From Patescibacteria group bacterium (GTDB taxonomy: Bacteria > Patescibacteriota > Patescibacteriia > UBA10025 > JAHIVO01): a stretch of 64,000 nucleotides of DNA. How positions within the stretch are numbered: position 1 is the stretch's first letter; each line of letters opens with the position of its first letter. The notes under the pieces were generated by a model, which worked only from the letters and a program-made list of their open reading frames with translations, did not search any database and was not told the origin of the DNA. Positions 58,001 through 64,000 of this stretch are shown piece by piece. The translations under genes were made by a program, and so were the position numbers. The DNA is taken from assembly GCA_049325535.1 (NCBI GenBank), contig JBMOKY010000001.1, positions 157,002 to 221,001 on the forward strand, given 5' to 3'.

Positions 58001-61000
58001 TCGCAGACAGTACAGAACAATGGCACTATTCGTTTTAGGAATTTATCATGCAGTGCCGGGGTGAACCGGCTGTATTTCCGGGTGTTTGCCTCCATCAGCG
58101 GAAGCGACAGTGATACGTCCATTTCTACGGCATCACCGGTCCGGGTGGACGTGTTGCCCCCGTGCCAGCCTGGCCAGCCTACCTATGCCGGTCCAAAAGG
58201 ATATGATTTCATCAATTGGAACTGGACGGCGCCCGCTACCATCCAGGCCATCACCGATCGAGATTTCTATGATTTTAGTCTCGGTCTGTATGCCAATGCC
58301 GGACTAGCTAATCCCTGGACGCAAACCGGCCTGCTGCCGAATACTGCTCATCGAGTTATGGTGCGCGCGTGTGACGCGGGCAATGCCAATAATGGTTTTG
58401 TCGAACGGTGTGGCCAGTGGTCTGTTTACTCTATATATAATTACACGTATGCAGCGCCGCCAAATGTCGATGTGTCGTGTGATTATGGCAGCGCGCTGGA
58501 TGATTATTTCTGCCGGGTCACCCTGACAGAAGCGTCGCCCCCGAATCCAAGCAGTCCCATTACTTCATATAAAGTAGATCATTGCAATGGCACCACTGCT
58601 TTTGATTGTGAAGGATTTGGAGCAACCTGGGCTTCCGTCGTGCCGCCGGGGTACTTTGCTCCTACTGGGTGGTTCAGTAAAAATTGGAATACGGAAGTCA
58701 CATTTACGTTTTCGGAAAGTAATCTGAGTTTCCAATCGTTCATGTCGTGCCAGCCGGATCATACATACCAATTTTTCCGGGTGTCGGTCAGGAATAGTAA
58801 TGGTGAAATAGAGCCGCTCTTCATCATAGGCGGGCCGTATGATACGCTGCCGCCGTGCCAACCGCAGAATCTCAACCATACGAATCAGAATCTGACCAGT
58901 TTGCGCTGGACGTGGACGGCGCCGTCGGGCGGGGAAACGGTATCCCAGTACACCGGCAGCACTTCCGGTTGCGGCACCAGTACCACGCCCTATACCACGC
59001 CAAACGCGTACCGTGACCAGAGTGGCACGCAGATCAATGCGCTGTGCACCGTGGAAGTCGGAGCACAGGATGCCCGGTCCCGTGTCGGCAGGAAAGTGAG
59101 CACCTCGGCGTATACATCGATCCAGGCGGTGACGGACATTTTATTTAATGATGTCCGAACAAATGAAATATCTATCCAGGCGAATTCTTCCACGGGAATA
59201 TTTTCAAATCTCGGAGCCGGATCAGCCGCCACGGGCGGCCCGGCCGGCATTCGATTCCGCAATAACCCGGTCGGCCCGGGCGGTGGTGGCGGCACATCAT
59301 TTACCTCTTGGGCAAATTCTGTGGCCGCAACTGACAGCGGTTTGTCGGCAAACCGTAACTATTGTTATCAAGCCAGCTCGCGCAATGGCAATGGAGATTA
59401 TAATCCATTATCACCCAATAATTACCAGCCAGTACCCGCTCAGTGCCGCTATACCCTGGCGGCTGTCCCGACTGCGCCGTTGCTGATCCGTGCCGAGGAT
59501 GGCACCTCGGCAAATATCACCGTGCGGACCAATGACGGCAATCCGCAGAGCAGCCCGGCCACGCAGTACGCGCTCTGCGTGACTAAATACGCGGCAGATG
59601 GGACGAAAGAGTTCGAGCGCTATGCCCGGCAGAATGGCAGCATCGATTTCTCCGGCCCGAGTTTCCAGTGCGCTTCTGGCGACGACTCGGGGCATTGGGG
59701 CACTTTTGACCAGTGGGGGGACAATAACGGCGTGGACATCGCGCTTGACCCGTCGAGTAAATATGATTTTGCCCTGAAAGCGCGCAATGGCGACGGGCCT
59801 ATCATCGAAAGTTCTGGTTGTGAAGAGGGTAATACCTGTATCGAGACGACGTTTGGTCCGAAGGCGACGTTGTTCCTGGTGCGGAATAACATTGTCGGTT
59901 GGGCTTGGTCATCGAATCTCGGCTGGATATCTACCAATTGTCTGAATCTCTATAATGTGACGGGATTTGGATTCAGCTGCAGCTCGGCCGAGGACTGGGG
60001 CGTGAATACGTATTTTGAAGCGTCGCGTAATATCAATCCGGTGGGTGGCTATGCCTGGGCGTCTTCCGGGCGGACCATCCCGGCTCAGCGCTGGACTGAC
60101 ATTGCTCAGGTGAATACGGTCCAGCCGGCCCAGACGAATTCGCATACGTCGGCGGACACAAATGTATTTGTCGATTCGTTCGGCCGACCACACCGTATCT
60201 GGGCGCAAGCCTGGCCTGGGTCAGGCGACAATCAGGATATTTTCTATCAGCGGTGGAATGGCCGCGAGTGGGTGACAGCGGGCGGGGCACTCGGCGCGGA
60301 AAATATCTCACAAACAGTAGCGGCATCCAGCCAGCCGACCATCGCATTTGATAACGATGAAAACCCGCATATCGCCTGGGTTGAGGGGACAAATGTCTGG
60401 GTGCTGCACTGGAATCCGACGGCCAATAATGGATTTGGCGGATGGGTATCGCCAACGGGTACGCTGTATCAGCCTGGATTTACTGATGTAAACACGACGC
60501 GGATCAATGTCTCGTCCATTACCGGAGTTGGGCCGGTCGATGGGCATCCCGCGCTCGTGGTTGACGCGGCCAATCATGATCATGTGGCTTTAGCCCACCT
60601 GACTGGTGGTGTGTACTCGGTGTACTATACGGAGTGGAGTGGCAGTGACTGGACGCGACCGGGCGGCGCGGCTGGATATGATGATATCAGCGGGGCATTG
60701 ACGTCGGTCGATCCGCAGCCGTCACTCGACGTGGAGCAGGGTTCGGGATATCCTTTTATCGTCTGGAGTGATGCCGTCAATCAGATTTTATACCGGCGTT
60801 GGGATGGTGCCGCATGGACAGCGGCGACGACCGTCAACGGCAGCACGACCAATGTGCAGAGCCCGAAGATTGTCGTCGATCATACCAATATCCCCCATAT
60901 CGCCTGGGGCAGCGCCACCGGCGTCCGCTATATTCGCTGGAATGCAACGGCTGGGGCCTGGGAATCGATTGATGGCGCCATGCCCGCGGATACCAGCCTG

Positions 61001-64000
61001 AATTATGATGTAGAACTCGGTACAGCTCGTACCTCAATCGGTTTGCGGGTGGATGCCCAGCGCCAGCCGCACCTCATCGGGTATGCCAGCGGAAATCCAC
61101 AGAAGATTTATTATCGCACCTGGGACCCCGCGGCAAAAGCCGCCGCCGGTGGATGGGTGACGGTTTCGGGCGCCACGGGGGCGGGACTGAACGACGAGAA
61201 TGTTGAGGTCGCCAGCCGGAGCGCTGCCGACATCCGCGGGGTTACATTTGATATTAACGGAGAAGGCGATCCATTTGTCATGTGGAGCGAAAATAGCGGC
61301 AGCTCGTGGGACGTATTTTATCGGTCATGGGATTCCGGGTACGGCGAGAGCGGCGCCGGGTGGATCAGTTTCAATACCAATGTCTGCGCCAATAACACGC
61401 AGAAGGGGTGCGCTGATAATTTTGACTGTAGTGGCGCGGCATGTATCGAGAGCGCTGGTACCCCGCCCCAGACGACCGACTGGACCGTGGCATGGGCGGA
61501 TATCGGCACGGCTCTCGGGTCAAATGAGGTCCAGGATTTCGTGTACGATGACGTGACTCCGGGTGGGCCGTATTTCTGGGTGACTTTTGACACGACTGCG
61601 GACAGCATCCAGCAGGTGCGAGCCAGTGACCTGACGGTGGTCGATACCATCGATCTCAATCCGTACGGAGCAGATGACGTAGCCGGTATCGAACTCGATA
61701 CCGTCACCGCCGGCGGGCCGTATCTGTGGGCTACTGCCTGGGAATCGAATCAAGTATTGCGCATACGTATAGCCGATCAGGCGGTGCTCAGTCGGACTCT
61801 GTCATCGTGTTTCAATGGTGGCCTCGGGGAGTATGATACCGATTGCAATCCGAATGGAATCGTCTTTGACCCGGTGACGGCGGATATCTGGGTGACCAAT
61901 CAGGAAGGGGGCAATCTCCACGGCAGTATCAGCCGGATCGAACCGACGACTAATACTGAATTAAACTGCGACGGCACTGTCCCCGGCGGCTCACCAAATC
62001 ACTGCGGCATCTGCTCTGATCCGGCTCATACCACCGAGAGTGCCTGTATCGCCGCCAATCCGGCAAATAACTGGTGGGGAGTGGGGAATAATCCGGTGAG
62101 TCTGCAGCTCGATCTCACCACCCAGTCGCTCTGGACAGGGGATCTGAATGGCCGCCGGTTTGCCAAACTCGACGTGACCACCGGTCAGGTGACGGAATTG
62201 AGCTTGCCTGCTGGGTATGCATATGCGATTTTCGGCCATGCCCGTGTCGGAGCAAATCTCTATGTGCCCCTGACTTCGTATTCCACTCATCCGCTGGGTG
62301 AGTTTGGCACCGGCGCTATCATGATCATCGATCCGGTGACGGCCACTATCATTGATGTGGTGGACATTGGGTTTCCTCGGTATCCGCAGGGGATCGCCTA
62401 TGACGGCAGATATCTCTGGCTTTCCAGCTGGTTTACCACGGGTACGTGTACCAATGACGCTACACTATATTGTAGCGATGGTGGCGATAGTAACGACGGC
62501 GTATGTTCCGGCGGGACCAATAACGGCGCCAGTTGTTATTTCGATTATGGATGTCCGGGCGGGGCGTGTATCCGGCCGGACTGCAGCAGTGTCGGCGGAG
62601 GGTGCAGCAATTCGCAAACCCGCATCTTCCAGTATGAGGCTTCGAGTCTGAAGCTCGTGGATTCGTACGAGGTGTCTCCGACGGATTGGCACCGGTCATA
62701 TAAAGTACTTTTTGCCGATGACGCCATTTGGGTAAATAGTTTGGTCGGATATTTGGCAAAAATTTCACTGGGTACCAGCGAGGGAATGGGATATGGGTAT
62801 TGCTATGATCAGGCAGGCGTGAACGGCAAACGCTACGGCCAGTGTTCCGACGGGGTGGGCGATTGTGTCGCCGATATTGATTGTGCCGCAGGTGAAAATT
62901 GTATCTATTATACATGTGCCAATCATGCCGATTGCCCAAATTATGTACCGACGGGAGCCGATGAGCAGTGCAAAGCCATCGCTACCGCCAGCTTTAGCGG
63001 TATCACCCGGGAAGTGTCCGGCTGGGGTCGCATCCTGTCACTGAAAGCAGCTGGCGAGGCGCAGGGATTTGATGACTGGGGCTGGATCCGATTGGGCGGG
63101 CCATATGACGACCATCAATCCCAATCAGGACAGTACACGCTGTCCGGTACGGAGATTGATTCGCAGCAATTCCTGGGTGACCCGGATGTCAATCCGACCG
63201 ATGTGCAGCTATACACGCTGTTTGGTTGGGGATGGCAGGGTATGCTTATTCCTTCGTCACGAAATAATTCGGTGTGGCTGCCGCATATGAATATCACTGA
63301 AACTGGCAGGGCCGCAGACGACACGCAACGTAATTATGGTTCCCCATCTATTGTTATTGACTCCATCGGTGATCCGCACATGGCCTGGTCAGAATACGAT
63401 GCGGCTAACGCGTCATATGACATATATTATGCCCGGCAGAAACGGGGCAGATGGGAGACCGTAGCCGGTACGGCGTATGTGCCCGGCACCACGGATCCTC
63501 TCGCGTCTGGATTGAACGTGAGTAATGCCAATGGGACGGACGTCTTCTGGCCGAGCCTCAAACTAAATGCAGCTGATGAACCGTATCTGGTCTGGCAGCA
63601 GGGAGGTACCTATGCTGATGGAGGTGAGGTGTATTTCATGCGTTGGGACAGCGCCAGCAGCGGCTGGACCACCCCGGAAAAAATCGATGATGGTGGGACG
63701 CCTGATTTGGCGCTGGATCAAGCAGCCAATCCCCATGTGGCCTACCGCCATGGTACCGGAGCGAATCTGCATGTGTTTTATCGAGTCAGATTGGCCGGCG
63801 CGTGGGTAGATCCTGATGGTGGAACAGATGATCAGCAGGTCGACGTCGGAGCAGTCGGTGGTGCGGCTGGTTTTCCGAAAATTGCCGTGACTACCGGAAC
63901 TCCCGGTATTCCTAGTGTGGTTTGGGTACATGGTACCGGAATCTACTACCGTCAGTGGAGCGCAGCTTCGTCCACATGGCTTACCGCCAGCGGCGATGCA
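55013..64000 (+). CDS. Giant membrane-anchored surface protein (>2,990 aa, 3'-truncated; missing from ORF track): FN3-like repeats, GWAW/GWI repeats, propellers, Cys modules
   Basis: ATG 55013 MSRRTIIIIRICGALAILG...; same frame reads ...AASSTWLTASGDA at the window end; the track lists no closed ORF in this frame, consistent with no stop. FN3-like TGLSPATCYNFRSQSRN, TGLLPNTAHRVMVRA, SGLSANRNYCYQASSRN. Confidence 0.85.
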   Translation, partial: MSRRTIIIIRICGALAILGVLALGVLLAIFSQQDHTVRKADPEQVADPLVLAHTSNVAAERRNEDGTVSVEYSLFAQQYLTNDPGVFAPIDSSIIPSYRPEYDYENTTNVMHTYFSDDSSREDFIVHTVPGGRRVSFRYVGAQPGKWDVDGSMATFADLFPGVDAVYTIRNDALIEELVVRDEATALALGSVTQEIKLDGLYYKEQADGSITLHDAETRHGVFVIPAPLMYELDSSEPLMSDKLHYDIEEVDDATIILHKVIDPKGKLWMQAAKYPIVVDNSYLGWFDNNMFGEARRSRPNGSSAYSYTFTSPGSDFNRTGTWRTDPPQSCSSCYSFWDYRYYYSFITGVNEMPGNYSFDTSQVIGGKLWLYGYRSGGVVNQVELPTNYVVNVYAGPNIWANISDPAALWGYTSVMNLTYQFPVTTLPNAATQNCYGNPSSCEIAIPLDISDLSLSQTPTGRTQFILEDTWNTYYQNGFLGMWTLRQFFSTTPPYPRLEIIYLPRPVIRVDPQAGTSTTSLEVQIDDDFTDETEYRLERSLAGSSGPWTQICASMSTGGSGSCGTGITYDCTGVTVAGTTGYCSIIDNLSQSSGLTQYSDRHVWYRARVQRTDPVPGESYVSSYSNVEHDYTLAALATSAPSVTVESWSSIKIWPASGMGDEYTNQRSYFASDAEPTKYCIGLWTYPAYPNWNYSPTSDIRYVDDPPSANSTVYTNVPSGTSSGRDLINNGTFPGDPRCLTFYQWVWFPLINPFYASGEWTDYAYLKPNALYAVGTFSQNTRDNTVNNPGVQNFVEIYTRARTPSAPNNPIGANNTSTTLQIALNSTPQSSPTTAPWTNPASTQYNIQIQQGGSWYYLSTAGGSSRLGSPQWGDSTAWNGTTGRTITGLSPATCYNFRSQSRNADGVIGETAAAQWSNTAQYCTPLSPPSAPDVQCGYSTDIGVGYYCDVTLHDTANPSPPYFYKVQRSYNNSVWTNINGGTLTNGTPLTYINTYWSQTVQNNGTIRFRNLSCSAGVNRLYFRVFASISGSDSDTSISTASPVRVDVLPPCQPGQPTYAGPKGYDFINWNWTAPATIQAITDRDFYDFSLGLYANAGLANPWTQTGLLPNTAHRVMVRACDAGNANNGFVERCGQWSVYSIYNYTYAAPPNVDVSCDYGSALDDYFCRVTLTEASPPNPSSPITSYKVDHCNGTTAFDCEGFGATWASVVPPGYFAPTGWFSKNWNTEVTFTFSESNLSFQSFMSCQPDHTYQFFRVSVRNSNGEIEPLFIIGGPYDTLPPCQPQNLNHTNQNLTSLRWTWTAPSGGETVSQYTGSTSGCGTSTTPYTTPNAYRDQSGTQINALCTVEVGAQDARSRVGRKVSTSAYTSIQAVTDILFNDVRTNEISIQANSSTGIFSNLGAGSAATGGPAGIRFRNNPVGPGGGGGTSFTSWANSVAATDSGLSANRNYCYQASSRNGNGDYNPLSPNNYQPVPAQCRYTLAAVPTAPLLIRAEDGTSANITVRTNDGNPQSSPATQYALCVTKYAADGTKEFERYARQNGSIDFSGPSFQCASGDDSGHWGTFDQWGDNNGVDIALDPSSKYDFALKARNGDGPIIESSGCEEGNTCIETTFGPKATLFLVRNNIVGWAWSSNLGWISTNCLNLYNVTGFGFSCSSAEDWGVNTYFEASRNINPVGGYAWASSGRTIPAQRWTDIAQVNTVQPAQTNSHTSADTNVFVDSFGRPHRIWAQAWPGSGDNQDIFYQRWNGREWVTAGGALGAENISQTVAASSQPTIAFDNDENPHIAWVEGTNVWVLHWNPTANNGFGGWVSPTGTLYQPGFTDVNTTRINVSSITGVGPVDGHPALVVDAANHDHVALAHLTGGVYSVYYTEWSGSDWTRPGGAAGYDDISGALTSVDPQPSLDVEQGSGYPFIVWSDAVNQILYRRWDGAAWTAATTVNGSTTNVQSPKIVVDHTNIPHIAWGSATGVRYIRWNATAGAWESIDGAMPADTSLNYDVELGTARTSIGLRVDAQRQPHLIGYASGNPQKIYYRTWDPAAKAAAGGWVTVSGATGAGLNDENVEVASRSAADIRGVTFDINGEGDPFVMWSENSGSSWDVFYRSWDSGYGESGAGWISFNTNVCANNTQKGCADNFDCSGAACIESAGTPPQTTDWTVAWADIGTALGSNEVQDFVYDDVTPGGPYFWVTFDTTADSIQQVRASDLTVVDTIDLNPYGADDVAGIELDTVTAGGPYLWATAWESNQVLRIRIADQAVLSRTLSSCFNGGLGEYDTDCNPNGIVFDPVTADIWVTNQEGGNLHGSISRIEPTTNTELNCDGTVPGGSPNHCGICSDPAHTTESACIAANPANNWWGVGNNPVSLQLDLTTQSLWTGDLNGRRFAKLDVTTGQVTELSLPAGYAYAIFGHARVGANLYVPLTSYSTHPLGEFGTGAIMIIDPVTATIIDVVDIGFPRYPQGIAYDGRYLWLSSWFTTGTCTNDATLYCSDGGDSNDGVCSGGTNNGASCYFDYGCPGGACIRPDCSSVGGGCSNSQTRIFQYEASSLKLVDSYEVSPTDWHRSYKVLFADDAIWVNSLVGYLAKISLGTSEGMGYGYCYDQAGVNGKRYGQCSDGVGDCVADIDCAAGENCIYYTCANHADCPNYVPTGADEQCKAIATASFSGITREVSGWGRILSLKAAGEAQGFDDWGWIRLGGPYDDHQSQSGQYTLSGTEIDSQQFLGDPDVNPTDVQLYTLFGWGWQGMLIPSSRNNSVWLPHMNITETGRAADDTQRNYGSPSIVIDSIGDPHMAWSEYDAANASYDIYYARQKRGRWETVAGTAYVPGTTDPLASGLNVSNANGTDVFWPSLKLNAADEPYLVWQQGGTYADGGEVYFMRWDSASSGWTTPEKIDDGGTPDLALDQAANPHVAYRHGTGANLHVFYRVRLAGAWVDPDGGTDDQQVDVGAVGGAAGFPKIAVTTGTPGIPSVVWVHGTGIYYRQWSAASSTWLTASGDA

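Noticed and set aside
55101-63931. Many short ORFs suggesting a fragmented or non-coding region
   Set aside because: All are off-frame or antisense to the single giant ORF starting at 55013.
1-64000. CRISPR array, cas genes, transposases, integrases, reverse transcriptase/DGR, rRNA
   Set aside because: No regularly spaced repeats and no recognisable catalytic motifs in any long ORF.
1-64000. Alternative genetic code (TGA=Gly)
   Set aside because: TGA ends genes at expected domain boundaries (13846, 15456, 17849) and long ORFs are intact under code 11.

Overview
A 64-kb chromosomal segment whose gene set points to a Patescibacteria/CPR bacterium (inferred from gene content; standard code 11, TGA used as stop). 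Layout: (1) 1-12.1 kb: a 5'-truncated giant Cys-rich surface protein with a dockerin, a VirB6/TrbL-like membrane protein with a very long tail, and a hypothetical gene. (2) 12.2-23.1 kb: a metabolic block with three tandem proteins ending in a phospho-His swivel (PEP-utilizer mobile) domain, ribE, ribH, a HAD hydrolase, a PyrE-like PRTase, two histidine-phosphatase genes and a stand-alone PPDK/PEPS ATP-grasp domain, together suggesting a split, modular dikinase system. (3) 23-32 kb: a T4SS-like cluster (PrgI, VirB4-like ATPase, VirB8-like protein, two pilin-core proteins, one fused to a lytic transglycosylase). (4) 32-43 kb: radA, recG, tRNA-Arg(GCG), two tRNA-Ser, comF, clpC, htpX, lemA. (5) 43.5-64 kb: five large secreted proteins, the last (>2,990 aa, runs off the window) absent from the ORF track. 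Most striking observation: both tRNA-Ser genes lack an encoded CCA, and each is followed by a related ~125-140 nt structured element that shares a conserved internal motif and ends in a copy or mimic of the tRNA 3' end plus CCA. All domain calls are by-eye motif recognition; no searches were run.
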